A DNA stretch of 64,000 bases from Spirochaetota bacterium. Its GTDB lineage: Bacteria; Spirochaetota; UBA4802; JAFGJZ01. The translations under genes were made by a program, and so were the position numbers. The stretch is taken from the NCBI GenBank assembly GCA_027858855.1, contig JAQIBV010000021.1, positions 2,816 to 66,815 on the forward strand, given 5' to 3'. The stretch's first letter is position 1. Every line of letters starts with the position of its first letter. Below, in pieces: positions 19,711 through 30,261 of this stretch. Below the pieces are notes generated by a model that saw only the letters and a list, made by a program, of their open reading frames with translations, did not search any database and was not told where the DNA came from.

Positions 19711-20208
19711 TTATTTTTTTGCTACTTCAAAAGTAACACGACGCTGTTGCGGATTACCAGCTGCTTCAGCATCTGTCATTTCTTTATCACCGGCAGACTT
19801 GGCGCCCATAAGAGAGGTGTTAACACCAACTGCTCGAAGCTCATTTACAACCTGACGTGCACGCTGACGACCCATCTGCATGTTAGCGCCTTTCGAGCCA
19901 TACTTACAAGCATGACCAACTGCATAAACCTTATAACCTTTCTTATTAAGCTCAAGAAAAGTAGGGTCTTCAAGAATAGCATTAATTGCCATAGAAGTTA
20001 CCTTCACTTTTTTAAGATCAGCGATCTTGTCACCAAATGTGTATGGACCAATAACTATTGCAGACAAATATGAATCTGTAAGAGCCTTAGCAATTTCTGC
20101 ATCTGGAGTCTCAGCAGTCACTTCTAAAGGAGTCGGAACAGAAGCACCACAAGAAGCAAGAACAACAGACATCAAGACAATTGAAGCCATTAAAAATATC
20201 TTTTTCAT
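19711..20208 (-). CDS. Small OmpA-C-like lipoprotein (Loa22-like), paralog 1
   Basis: Lipobox LASC; VGHAC...RQRA and QRRVTF motifs; AGGAG SD. Confidence 0.8.
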   Translation of the reverse strand: MKKIFLMASIVLMSVVLASCGASVPTPLEVTAETPDAEIAKALTDSYLSAIVIGPYTFGDKIADLKKVKVTSMAINAILEDPTFLELNKKGYKVYAVGHACKYGSKGANMQMGRQRARQVVNELRAVGVNTSLMGAKSAGDKEMTDAEAAGNPQQRRVTFEVAKK

Positions 20209-20366
20209 AAACTTCTCCTTAATTATTTAAATTTATGTTTTATTTTTATATTTGCATCTATAAAAATACTTTCAGCTTTTCAAAGTACTTTTCAGTTTTT
20301 CCTGAAAACAACAAAGAAAAACAAACCAATCCAACAGTAGTACTTTGATATTTTTAGAAAACATCA

Positions 20367-20385
20367 GAGAGGGCAAAGCCCTCTC
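20367..20385 (-). terminator. Hairpin terminator between the two OmpA-like paralogs
   Basis: gagagggc-aaa-gccctctc, with T-rich sequence following on the minus strand. Confidence 0.65.
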
Positions 20386-20423
20386 CAATAGAAAATAACA
20401 AATAACTATCTACTTAAGACCAG

Positions 20424-20894
20424 TTACTTTTTTACCACACGAAATGTTACACGTCTCTGCACAGGTGCAGCTACATCTTTTTCAGCAACCATATCCTTGT
20501 TATAACCATTTACAGCTTTAACATTAGATACATTCAGCCCAAGTGCACGAAGCTCATACATAACAGCTTTACCACGACGATAACCGATACCACCTTTGGC
20601 CTCAAACTTATCGTTGTGACCAACTATTGCAAGCACGAAACCAGCAGGAACGGCTTTCTGAGCAGAACTAATCACTGGATAAATCATAGCAATTCCATTC
20701 AGACTTGGAACACGAGCGCTATTGAAAGCAAATTCGTCAATAACAACAGGCTCCAGAGTTTTGCTGATTTCAGCAGCAATAGCAGCAGGACTTGCGCCAT
20801 CGTCAACACTCATTTCTGATGGCACAGAAGCACCACATGCTACGAAAGTAACTGCCAAAAATAATGCAGCAAGAGATAAAAGAACTTTTTTCAT
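20424..20894 (-). CDS. Small OmpA-C-like lipoprotein (Loa22-like), paralog 2
   Basis: Lipobox FVAC; FAFNSA, IVGHND, QRRVTFR; shares the CGASVP N-terminus with paralog 1. Confidence 0.8.
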   Translation of the reverse strand: MKKVLLSLAALFLAVTFVACGASVPSEMSVDDGASPAAIAAEISKTLEPVVIDEFAFNSARVPSLNGIAMIYPVISSAQKAVPAGFVLAIVGHNDKFEAKGGIGYRRGKAVMYELRALGLNVSNVKAVNGYNKDMVAEKDVAAPVQRRVTFRVVKK

Positions 20895-20994
20895 TTTTTA
20901 CTCCTTAATTTAGATAGTTGATAATACTATTAATAAAGCCCCGAGAGAAAATCAAGTAAATTTTCATTAATTTCTAATTAATTAAAATCACCAG

Positions 20995-21522
20995 CTAATA
21001 AAGATTACGATTTTTTATCTCTAAAGGAAAGATTGAGTTAAATGGAGACGCCTCTACAATTTTTTCAATTCGTTCTATGTCAATAAAAGCGCTTCCACCA
21101 TTCCACTGAACGAATATCCAGCACGGAGGAGTTCCTGATTTACGCGAAGAACCTAAATACCACCCCCTTGATAATTCACTATCACTGATTTCATTATTTG
21201 TTTGTAAAATAGCAATCCGTTTTTGCTTATTATAGCCCATAAGTGGTGTTTTTTCAAGATCGTATGCAAAACGGTATGAATTATGTGCATCCTGAATAAA
21301 AATGAAAAAGTCGGGAATAATAAAATCTTCTACACGTACAATACCCCTTTTAGCATTGTTAATAGTAACAACTGAATGTGACAGAGATTTTTGACAATTA
21401 CTTGATACAGGATTGGAAATTAACGAAGATTCAACTTCTTCTATACGCAATGATGCACAGCTGCTCAAACCCGTAATTAAAACTATAATCAAAAAATTCT
21501 TAAAAATTGTAGTTATTCGCAT
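20995..21522 (-). CDS. Hypothetical lipoprotein
   Basis: Signal peptide ending LSSC; start set at MRITTI, overlapping the end of the clostripain gene. Confidence 0.6.
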   Translation of the reverse strand: MRITTIFKNFLIIVLITGLSSCASLRIEEVESSLISNPVSSNCQKSLSHSVVTINNAKRGIVRVEDFIIPDFFIFIQDAHNSYRFAYDLEKTPLMGYNKQKRIAILQTNNEISDSELSRGWYLGSSRKSGTPPCWIFVQWNGGSAFIDIERIEKIVEASPFNSIFPLEIKNRNLY

Positions 21523-22984
21523 CAACTCCGCTCCCCCCAAACCAAAATTCAAGAATTTCAAACCAATTCTCAACTAGCCCATTTGAAGCTATTGCATTAT
21601 CCCTGCACCAATACAGATTACCATACCAATCACCAGTATCCAGCTTCTGAGGATTATACCATGACTGATTATCCCATGATAAAACGGTTTCACCTTCAAT
21701 CTCATAGAATTCATCGCCATCCGGAAAAAAGAGAGATAAACCGCTAAGCCCATTAACGAAATTTTCGTGCCGTGACACTCCACCGCCAAAAGAGAAAAGA
21801 ACGGACTCATCAATTAATTCAATTACATCTAAAATATCGGGCACAAGCCCGGAAGATATGAACTTAATTATACTGTATAAGTCAAAAAAGGGATATTCAA
21901 GTTGACTGTAAGGAGAGTCATAGTTAAAATAATGAATAAAATTCGCTCGATTTGATATAATTTCTTCTTCATTCAATGCAATCTCACCCGCATAGGAATC
22001 CAAACTATTTTTAAGCCTGTAAATTTCATTTAAATTGTAGGCGCTTAGCGTTTGACCCGAAACATTGAGCTCTGTTATTGAGTCATAATACTCCTCTACT
22101 ATAATAGAAGCAAAATCTGCCGCATTCATTGTATATGGATCATAAATAATTTCAAAAGGAGTCTCTTCAATCACATCATTCGCTTCATCTGTATAGTAGC
22201 CTTCACCGATAGAAGAGAGACGCTCAAAAATTCGCGAATAATCCCACCCGGGGCCCCATTCTTCATCAGCCGATGCGACCATAATTTTAGCGTAAAACCC
22301 CTCATGCTGAGGAGCAAACTGATAGGCTACCTCAACGGAACCCATGTAACAGGCATCAAACCCCATCAGCTCTACACTTTCATCACTGGTTAAGTAATCG
22401 GAAATTTCACCAATACCTAGCGAATCATCATCTGTGAAATCGGAACAAATCTCTCTGGAAATATCAGGTGAAGACGAAACTGAGCGCGGTCCACCTCCAT
22501 GATCCCAGAAAATAAGAGCATATTTTTCAGACGGGTAATTGTTTTTGGAAAAAGTTATGAATTTTTTTAAATTATTCGGATCCCCCATATTAGCCTCGTA
22601 ATAACCTGAATCGGTGATTTCCGGGAACCAGACTTCGCCATCAAGCCTCTGTACTGCATTTTCACGCATTCGATACAATCGGGTGTCAGTAAAATTTTCT
22701 TCGAAAGCTCCAGATTCATTCGTACTGCCTCGAACCGAATTATCAGCCCGGTCTACAAGTAAAATTACCTCATAACCTCTGTCCTTTGTGTAAGTTTTTA
22801 CCATTTCATTCAGATCGAGAAGCGCGTAGGGCTCAAGATCATTATCAGCACACATGTATATCATTATGGTCCATGTCCCGTCATTAACCAGTCCATCTAT
22901 CTTATAATGGAATATAGGCTCCTCGGAAGAGGAAGAACAGGCACAAAAACCAAGTAAAAACAGAAAAGTAACAAAATTTTTCAT
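21500..22984 (-). CDS. Clostripain-family (C11) cysteine peptidase lipoprotein
   Basis: WTIMIYMCADNDLE, EANMGD, WDHGGG (catalytic His), FDACYMG (catalytic Cys); lipobox FCAC. Confidence 0.9.
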   Translation of the reverse strand: MKNFVTFLFLLGFCACSSSSEEPIFHYKIDGLVNDGTWTIMIYMCADNDLEPYALLDLNEMVKTYTKDRGYEVILLVDRADNSVRGSTNESGAFEENFTDTRLYRMRENAVQRLDGEVWFPEITDSGYYEANMGDPNNLKKFITFSKNNYPSEKYALIFWDHGGGPRSVSSSPDISREICSDFTDDDSLGIGEISDYLTSDESVELMGFDACYMGSVEVAYQFAPQHEGFYAKIMVASADEEWGPGWDYSRIFERLSSIGEGYYTDEANDVIEETPFEIIYDPYTMNAADFASIIVEEYYDSITELNVSGQTLSAYNLNEIYRLKNSLDSYAGEIALNEEEIISNRANFIHYFNYDSPYSQLEYPFFDLYSIIKFISSGLVPDILDVIELIDESVLFSFGGGVSRHENFVNGLSGLSLFFPDGDEFYEIEGETVLSWDNQSWYNPQKLDTGDWYGNLYWCRDNAIASNGLVENWFEILEFWFGGSGVDANNYNF

Positions 22985-23047
22985 TTTTCCCCTCAAGTCA
23001 CCTATATATTTATGTCCACAATGTCGAAAATCTGATTGAGGTATATT

Positions 23048-24229
23048 ATGAAAAGACTATTTCTGCTACTACTATTTTTTTCATTTTCTTTATTTGCGGC
23101 ACCAGTCACTCTACAATGGAAGCTTAATGAAGGAGACCGGATTGAAGTTTTAAAAACAGCCGAAGTACAATCATTTATTAATGCCAAAACAAATGCTGTT
23201 TATTCTGAACGAAATATTATTGATTTAACCTGTAAAAAAGATAATGGAAATCTTTTTAATGTAAATGGGACATTTGCGGTTTTCACCAAAATAAAAAACG
23301 AGTCTGTTTTCAAGAGAACCGATATTAGTAGTTCATCATTCTGGATACAAAACAATGGCGTTTTCAAGGTGTCAAAAGAGTTCTTAATGCCAAACCTGCG
23401 ACATATCCCCAGTTTTCCTACAAAACCGGTCAATGTCGGAGATAAATGGAATATGGAGGGTGAAATTATTATTGATTCACTCAGTATACCCTTTTCCATT
23501 ACAATGCCGGTCCATTATACTCTAAACAAGATAGAAGATGAAAAATCCGTTAAGATAGCTTACATCGAGTATTCCTACCTGATTAACCAGGATATTAAAC
23601 CTGGGACTGTACCAGAAGATTTTCCTGTTCAAATCAAGGGAAGAGATACTGGAATAATAAAATGGGATATTACTCATAATCGACCACTTGACTTCTTCAA
23701 TAAATACCATGTAGTTTTCATTTTTAATCATGATCGAATGGTAACCACATATGAGTGGAAAATGAATGTTGATACAAAACATACCGTGTATCCATACATC
23801 ACACCAAAAGAAAAAACAGTTAAAAAAGAAGAACTTGATAAAGAAATTGATAACGAAAATATAACTGTTGAGGAAAATGAAAAGGGTTTAGTTATCCGTA
23901 TGGGAGAGGTATTGTTTGCTTTCGACTCAGCAGACTTAAAACCTGAAACTCAAAAAACCCTGAGTGATATTTTGAATCTTATTAAAGCCAAGTACCCAGA
24001 TCGTGAAATCATTGTTGAAGGACACACTGACAATACTGGAAACCCACACTATAATCAAAGCTTATCGGAAAAGAGAGCATCAAACGTAGCATCGGTGATA
24101 ATCAACGGTGTTGATCACGACAAAGTTTCCTATATTGGCCATGGCGAGAAGTTTCCAATTGAAAAAAACAACACAGCAGAAGGACGCAAAAAAAATCGAC
24201 GAGTTGATATCATTATCAAACTGAATTAA
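23048..24229 (+). CDS. OmpA-family protein with N-terminal beta-rich domain
   Basis: Signal peptide; C-terminal LFAFDSA, VEGHTDN, N--LS--RA, NRRVDI. Confidence 0.88.
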   Translation: MKRLFLLLLFFSFSLFAAPVTLQWKLNEGDRIEVLKTAEVQSFINAKTNAVYSERNIIDLTCKKDNGNLFNVNGTFAVFTKIKNESVFKRTDISSSSFWIQNNGVFKVSKEFLMPNLRHIPSFPTKPVNVGDKWNMEGEIIIDSLSIPFSITMPVHYTLNKIEDEKSVKIAYIEYSYLINQDIKPGTVPEDFPVQIKGRDTGIIKWDITHNRPLDFFNKYHVVFIFNHDRMVTTYEWKMNVDTKHTVYPYITPKEKTVKKEELDKEIDNENITVEENEKGLVIRMGEVLFAFDSADLKPETQKTLSDILNLIKAKYPDREIIVEGHTDNTGNPHYNQSLSEKRASNVASVIINGVDHDKVSYIGHGEKFPIEKNNTAEGRKKNRRVDIIIKLN

Positions 24230-24236
24230 TTGTGAA

Positions 24237-25085
24237 GTGAATTTAAAAGAAAAAGTTTTAATAAGAAAATATCTTGAGCGCAAAGACTATCCGGCTGTCC
24301 TGGAACAGACAGCCGGAATCCTGAAAAAAGAGCAAAATAGCTATCTCTTCTTTCTTCATGCAAAATCTCTCTATAATTTACAGAAATACAGCGAATCTCT
24401 TGAATCGATTAAGAAAGCGCTACGATACAAAGATGTGGACGCTGAGCTCTTTCTGCTTGCAGGGCGCATCTACCTTAAACTTGACTACTTTAAAAAAGCA
24501 GAAGAATTTTACAGGCATGTTATCAAGGTAAAACCGGAAAACGCAGAGGCCTCTGCATCATATGCCTTCTTACTATACATAACTGGAAACAATACAGAAT
24601 CCGAGGAATTCCTTTCAAGAGCATTCATCATTGAAGAAAACAATCTATTTGCTCTAGTAACCCATTTTAAAATAGGCCTGTATAACAGAGGCTTTAAAAA
24701 AGAGGCATTTCGACTTGAAGAAATAATCACACACTGCACTGCTGAAAGTTTTTATACTACACACGAAATACTAACCGGCCTTTATACCGGCCAAAAACGA
24801 AAAGCAAAAAAACTGTTAAAACAGAAAGCTTCAAAACTACTAAATGATGAATTATATAAAGCCCTCAAGAAAACTATTTCTCTAGGTAAAAACAAAAAAA
24901 TCAGAACCGCTAGTAAAAAAATTACTGCAATTACTATAAGCCTCAACACACTGATACTCTCTTCACTCTTCTTTCTGAACAGAGATCTTTTCATTCTATG
25001 GCTTTTTTTGTGCGCACTTATGGTCATTGCTAAAATTGTATCAATCATTCGAAAAGTCTATTATGCCTTCCGTGAAAACCGATAA
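24237..25085 (+). CDS. TPR protein with two C-terminal transmembrane helices
   Basis: TPR-like helices; hydrophobic C-terminal hairpin. Confidence 0.65.
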   Translation: MNLKEKVLIRKYLERKDYPAVLEQTAGILKKEQNSYLFFLHAKSLYNLQKYSESLESIKKALRYKDVDAELFLLAGRIYLKLDYFKKAEEFYRHVIKVKPENAEASASYAFLLYITGNNTESEEFLSRAFIIEENNLFALVTHFKIGLYNRGFKKEAFRLEEIITHCTAESFYTTHEILTGLYTGQKRKAKKLLKQKASKLLNDELYKALKKTISLGKNKKIRTASKKITAITISLNTLILSSLFFLNRDLFILWLFLCALMVIAKIVSIIRKVYYAFRENR

Positions 25086-25534
25086 GCACGTTCCAGCTTA
25101 AGAAGTTCACGCTTTCTCCATAATCCTGAACTGAATCCCCCAAGAGACCCATCGGAAGATATAAGACGATGACAAGGAACAGCAATTGCAAGACGGTTTT
25201 TACCTGCCGCATTGCCAACAGCACGATAAGCTTTTTCATTACCACAATCGATCGCAAGGGAACAATAACTCAACGTTTCTCCATATGAGATTCTAATCAA
25301 TTGATTGTGAACTTTTTGCTGAAACTCTGTCCCCTGAATCAAGAAAGGAAACGAAAATTTAAACAATTTTCCGTCAAAATATGCAGTAATCTGATTCCGG
25401 GCTTCGTAAAGAAGTTCAGACGGGGTATCTTTTATATTTTTTTCACTATTTCTGAAGCTAATAGATACAATCAAATTATTTTCCTCACTGATATCTACAA
25501 ACCCCAGGTTTGTCTTTAAACAGACAGTTTTCAT
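25061..25534 (-). CDS. ogt: Methylated-DNA--protein-cysteine methyltransferase
   Basis: GTEFQ, YGETLSY, RAVGNA and the PCHR active site. Confidence 0.93.
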   Translation of the reverse strand: MKTVCLKTNLGFVDISEENNLIVSISFRNSEKNIKDTPSELLYEARNQITAYFDGKLFKFSFPFLIQGTEFQQKVHNQLIRISYGETLSYCSLAIDCGNEKAYRAVGNAAGKNRLAIAVPCHRLISSDGSLGGFSSGLWRKRELLKLERAYRFSRKA

Positions 25535-25857
25535 CTTCTATCCTCCATTAGATTTTCCCTCAACACAAAAACGAACCGGTCTCAAAACAGATACCCCTGA
25601 TACTATATCGATAGTTCTAAGATATGTTTATTAAATCTCCAATTGCAATAGACATAGTTTAGCCTTGATCACATCAACACTGACTATAGGGTTTAATTCA
25701 GTCTTTGTCGAAAATGATTTCAAATTCCAAGAAAAAAAAGTATTGCCTATTTGAAATAGTAGGTTTTTTTATTGAAAACTTCGAAAGAGTGATTGATGAA
25801 TCAACTATTCGAGAATACCATAAAATAGTTCTCCATATTAGAAAATCAGAGGTTTCA

Positions 25858-26856
25858 ATGCTTTTTTTAGATAAAACAATAACAACATTTTTTCAATACG
25901 ATAATTCATTTCTGCTCAGGTTATCAACATTTTTTGATTTTCTGGGATCATCAACCGGATACATTTTACTACTTTTAATCATCCTGTTTTATATCGATTA
26001 CAGGCTTGCCTTAAATTTAGCAATAATTCTCTCTTTTTCCTTTATTATTAATTCCATTTTAAAACTTACTTTTCGGTTGCCCCGTCCATTTGAGACAGAT
26101 CAGACTGTAAAAAATTATCTGAGAATTAACCGCTTTATCGGTTATGGCATGCCCTCCGGTCACGCTCAAACAGCCTCATCCCTATTTTTTGAACTCACTA
26201 AACTTATTAAATACAAGATAATAATTATCCTTTTAGCTCTGTTGGTATTATGCATCGGTCTTTCACGCATCTATTTAGGACTACATTGGCCTTCTCAGGT
26301 TTTAGCCGGATTCACAATGGGATATTTTGCCATAAAAATTATTGATAGGTTTAAAACGTCTCAATTTTTTACCCAATTTTTATCTATGAGTTGCGAATAT
26401 AAGATTACAGCGACAACTGTTTTTGCCCTTTTAATTACACTTGGCGGCTTGACTAATATGATGATTTTGGGGGATGCTTCTTCATCTCTTTCAATTTTTG
26501 CAAAAGGAAAAGAGCTTTTCAGCGGTTGTGCTCTTTTATCCGGAAGTGCCTGTGGAGGATTTTTACTTAGGAATAAATTTTCTATTCGATATAATCGATA
26601 CCTTTTTTCAGGTAGTTTGAGGTTTATAACCGGATCTTCAATTCTTTTACTTACTTTCATTCCTTTGCTGCTGCTGATAAAAAAACTATCAGTTAACAAT
26701 GCAACAAATTCAATCACTGCAATTTCTCTGCTGTATGCCTATTTTTTTACGACATATATTTTCGCTTTCAGCGCATTCTACTTTATTCAGCACTTCTTTA
26801 ACCGTCTTGGACTGGTGTTTCTTGAACCAAAGGGAACTCAACATAATGAAGCATGA
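25858..26856 (+). CDS. PAP2-family membrane phosphatase
   Basis: K-----RP, PSGH, SRIYLGLHW; multiple TM segments; start set at MLFLDK. Confidence 0.88.
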   Translation: MLFLDKTITTFFQYDNSFLLRLSTFFDFLGSSTGYILLLLIILFYIDYRLALNLAIILSFSFIINSILKLTFRLPRPFETDQTVKNYLRINRFIGYGMPSGHAQTASSLFFELTKLIKYKIIIILLALLVLCIGLSRIYLGLHWPSQVLAGFTMGYFAIKIIDRFKTSQFFTQFLSMSCEYKITATTVFALLITLGGLTNMMILGDASSSLSIFAKGKELFSGCALLSGSACGGFLLRNKFSIRYNRYLFSGSLRFITGSSILLLTFIPLLLLIKKLSVNNATNSITAISLLYAYFFTTYIFAFSAFYFIQHFFNRLGLVFLEPKGTQHNEA

Positions 26857-27829
26857 ATTCAGAACCATTATTAAACCACCGCATTATGATTTTTCGGTAT
26901 CCTTTGATGATACTTTTTTTTTGACAGGCTCCTGTTTCAGTGAAGAGATAGGAAACAGGCTTTACAGACATGGCTTTACTATTAAAGAGAATCCTTCAGG
27001 AATACTGTTTAATCCGCTTTCAATAGAATTATCGTTTAGTCAAATACTTGAAAGCAGCTACAGCCCTACAGAAGCTGCTTTTATAACACAAAATGGCATC
27101 TGGCTATCTTTGATGCACCACTCTTCCGTGTCTCATAAAAACAGAGAATCCCTGTATAGAATTATAGAGGAGGGTCAACTTGAAGCGAAAGAGTTCCTGA
27201 AAAACTGTTCAATAATAATAATTACTCTGGGATCTGCTCACTATTATTATCATAATGCCAAAAAACTTATCGTTGCCAATTGTCATAAGCTTCCGGCAGA
27301 AACCTTTACTCGAAAGACAATGACTCATTCTGAAATCGCTGTCTCTATCTCGAAGATTATTCAAATGATTCAAAAAGTAAATAACACCGCCCGCATAATC
27401 TTCACGGTAAGCCCAGTTATTCACCAACGAAACGGCCTTATCGAAAACATGAGAAGCAAGGCGACTTTAATCAGTGCCCTGCACGAAAGTCTTTCTAAAA
27501 AAGACAATGCCTATTATTTCCCCTCTTTTGAAATTCTTACCCAGGATTTAAGAGATTATAGGTTTTATAAGGAAGATATGATTCACCCTACGAAGATTGC
27601 TGTAGATTACATATGGAATATTTTCAAGAGTTCGTTTTTTTCAAAAGAAACAGAAGATTTGGCTGGCAAATGTGCTAAACTTTATGCCCGTTTTGAACAT
27701 AAAGCTTTTATTCCTGAATCTGAAGGTCATGCCAGATTTTTGCAAAAAACAGATGAGCAGTTGAAACTGCTTCGTAAACATTTGGGCAAAGACCTTTTTA
27801 TTAAAGAAGAGAAAGCTGAAGAGAACTAG
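26846..27829 (+). CDS. GSCFA-domain protein (SGNH-like)
   Basis: GSCFS, NP-GILFNP, ITLGSA, VANCHK, FTVSPV, YFPSFE, LRDYRFY--DMIHP. Confidence 0.9.
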   Translation: MKHEFRTIIKPPHYDFSVSFDDTFFLTGSCFSEEIGNRLYRHGFTIKENPSGILFNPLSIELSFSQILESSYSPTEAAFITQNGIWLSLMHHSSVSHKNRESLYRIIEEGQLEAKEFLKNCSIIIITLGSAHYYYHNAKKLIVANCHKLPAETFTRKTMTHSEIAVSISKIIQMIQKVNNTARIIFTVSPVIHQRNGLIENMRSKATLISALHESLSKKDNAYYFPSFEILTQDLRDYRFYKEDMIHPTKIAVDYIWNIFKSSFFSKETEDLAGKCAKLYARFEHKAFIPESEGHARFLQKTDEQLKLLRKHLGKDLFIKEEKAEEN

Positions 27830-27872
27830 ATTCCCAGCACATTACACATTTTATCATGGTAAATATCGATAA

Positions 27873-28757
27873 TTATTTAAGAGAGATAAACTTCCGAACT
27901 TCAGTAATAAACTGTTTGTTGCTTATCATTTCCTGTTCTAGAATATCTCCTTCAACAGGCTCATCAGCCTCGTAAAGAATATGACAATACTTAATAAACT
28001 GGAAGTCATCATCTGTCAAATCATCCACAGCGGCTCCCGCTCTGATTTTAATAATTATGTCCCGTTTCATCTGAAGATCCTGCTCGGTATCAGCCTTGTC
28101 CTTAATTTGCTGATGTTTTTTCTGAACTTCTCCAACAATTCGCGAAACTCTTCCGCGCCTTGCCGACCGCCCCCAAATCAAAAAATAAAACAGAGCAAAG
28201 ATGACTCCTCCAAGATGACCAACATATGATATATTTCCACCAACACGAAACATATAAGAATAGAGGTCATAGGCTACGTATAAAAGTACCATATATTTTG
28301 CACGAACCGGAATTACAAAAAACAGCAGTATTTGAGCATCGGGGTAATAGAAAGCAAATGCGACAAGAACAGCGAAAACTGCCCCAGAGGCACCGAGAGT
28401 AACAGAAAGTTGACCAATGGAAAAATATGTAAAAAGACCAACTAAAAAGATAATCAAACCAGCGCCGATACCACAAAAAAGATAAAAGAAAATAAACTTT
28501 CTTTTACCCATAGCCTCTTCAACCTGCATTCCAAACATAAAAAGAACAAACATATTAAAGAGCAAATGAAAGAAACCGTAGTGAACAAACATATATGTAA
28601 CAATCTGCCAGACAAATCCTTTTTGATAGACTGAAAGAGGGTTAAGAGCTAGGTAATTGGTATAGATGGAAGCACCACCACTAGTTACTAAATATACCAA
28701 AATATTAATTATTGCGATTTTAACTACAACATATGACAAAAGCGGGTTTCGTACCAT
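27873..28757 (-). CDS. Rhomboid intramembrane serine protease
   Basis: WQIVTYMFVH, HLLFNM, GASG (Ser), HLGG (His). Confidence 0.92.
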   Translation of the reverse strand: MVRNPLLSYVVVKIAIINILVYLVTSGGASIYTNYLALNPLSVYQKGFVWQIVTYMFVHYGFFHLLFNMFVLFMFGMQVEEAMGKRKFIFFYLFCGIGAGLIIFLVGLFTYFSIGQLSVTLGASGAVFAVLVAFAFYYPDAQILLFFVIPVRAKYMVLLYVAYDLYSYMFRVGGNISYVGHLGGVIFALFYFLIWGRSARRGRVSRIVGEVQKKHQQIKDKADTEQDLQMKRDIIIKIRAGAAVDDLTDDDFQFIKYCHILYEADEPVEGDILEQEMISNKQFITEVRKFISLK

Positions 28758-28786
28758 TGTTTCTCCTTATTTAGTAACATACAAAT

Positions 28787-29089
28787 CTATGGGAACAGAG
28801 GAACAGTCGGACTATTTAATATCATTATTTTCTTTCGATCATCCTCAATTGATCGCTCATATTGCTCTTTTGTCTCTCGTTGATAATAATCTCTTCGAAG
28901 CGGTTGAATATTCTCGATAGATTTTCGGTCCATAACTTCTTCTGTTCCTATAAGATCTTCCGACCCCTTCAACTGGAAAAGATCATCCGAGTCTGATAAT
29001 TTTATAATATCCAACATAAAAACAGTACATGACGTTAAAAGCAGCCCTCCTGCTATCAACAGCATCAGAGTATAACTGTTTTTTTTCAT
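28787..29089 (-). CDS. Hypothetical small lipoprotein
   Basis: MKK start, hydrophobic stretch, LTSC lipobox. Confidence 0.55.
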   Translation of the reverse strand: MKKNSYTLMLLIAGGLLLTSCTVFMLDIIKLSDSDDLFQLKGSEDLIGTEEVMDRKSIENIQPLRRDYYQRETKEQYERSIEDDRKKIMILNSPTVPLFP

Positions 29090-29229
29090 CACACATCCTG
29101 GATCATAAGAAATAATTTCATGAACCTTTAATAGCCTATGACAAACTATTATGAACAAACTTATATTAAGAACCGGACATTAATTACAACTTCATTATAT
29201 GAAATGAAACTGAAAAGATTACCCGATTA

Positions 29230-30099
29230 CTAAAGTCCAAAACTATCTCCGACCTCTTCATCATGCTGCATCAATCGTTCAATTACTTCATTAGTAACGC
29301 TGTAACTCTTTCCATTGAAAGAAAGCTCATCTTTCTTAATATTTAAAAATGTTCCTTCAAAATAGATGCGCACAGACTCTTTCAAAGTATCAACAGATTC
29401 AACACTGTATTCCTGATTTTTGATTTTTATCTTAGTTCCATATTGTGGTAGCTCACTATTAAGTAAATTATATACTTCATACTCATAATCAAGACAACAA
29501 AGCAGTCTTCCGCAGGTTCCCGATATTTTGAGAGAATTAAGATTCAAATTCTGTTCTTTTGCCATTTTAATTGAAACCGGAGCGAAATTTCCCTGAAACT
29601 TAGTACAGCAAAGAGAACGGCCACATGGTCCAAACCCACCAACCATTCGTGATTCATCACGTACTCCAATCTGTCGCATCTCAATACGTGTTCGGTAAAC
29701 TGACGCAAGATCCCGTACAAGCTCGCGAAAATCAATTCGGTTTTCTGCAACAAAATAGAAAATAATCTTAGTTTTGTCAAAAATTGATTTAACATTCACA
29801 AGCTTCATATCAAGCTTCTTTTCTTTTGCTTTTAACTTACAGCTCTCAAAGGCCTTCTGTTCCATCTCTTCAATTTTAGGAAGCTCTTGAAAATCACTCT
29901 TATCTGCTACGCGTAAAACCCTGCCCTTGACGTGGTTGGGGTCGATATCTATTCGACTACGGATTTCAAGCACAGTTCCCATATCCGTTCCATGCTCAGT
30001 TTCGGCGATACATACACTACCAGCCTTCAAGAAGATGTTGTTGGAGTGAACAAATTCAATAACATCATTTTTTCTCATTTTAAGACATGTATATTCCAT
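29230..30099 (-). CDS. ricT: PSP1/RicT (YaaT) family protein
   Basis: RIDFRELVRDLA, RIEMRQIGVRDE, GPCGRSLCC, SIKMAKEQ, SGTCGRLLCCL; downstream of holB. Confidence 0.92.
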   Translation of the reverse strand: MEYTCLKMRKNDVIEFVHSNNIFLKAGSVCIAETEHGTDMGTVLEIRSRIDIDPNHVKGRVLRVADKSDFQELPKIEEMEQKAFESCKLKAKEKKLDMKLVNVKSIFDKTKIIFYFVAENRIDFRELVRDLASVYRTRIEMRQIGVRDESRMVGGFGPCGRSLCCTKFQGNFAPVSIKMAKEQNLNLNSLKISGTCGRLLCCLDYEYEVYNLLNSELPQYGTKIKIKNQEYSVESVDTLKESVRIYFEGTFLNIKKDELSFNGKSYSVTNEVIERLMQHDEEVGDSFGL

Positions 30100-30261
30100 T
30101 AAATTAATCCTCTAATTCAAGTAACTGACTGACTAATCGACTATAAAAGTGCTATTCAATCGATGCCAATATACAGCCACCATTTACTTATGCAAAATAT
30201 TGACTTACCTAATGATTGTAAGCATGTAAACAGGAATGTGTTCAAACTTCCTGGTGGTATC

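Noticed and set aside
19564..20073. 169-aa plus-strand ORF and the many other 60-150 aa antisense or alternative-frame ORFs in the track
   Set aside because: They shadow well-supported genes on the opposite strand or frame and have no motifs.
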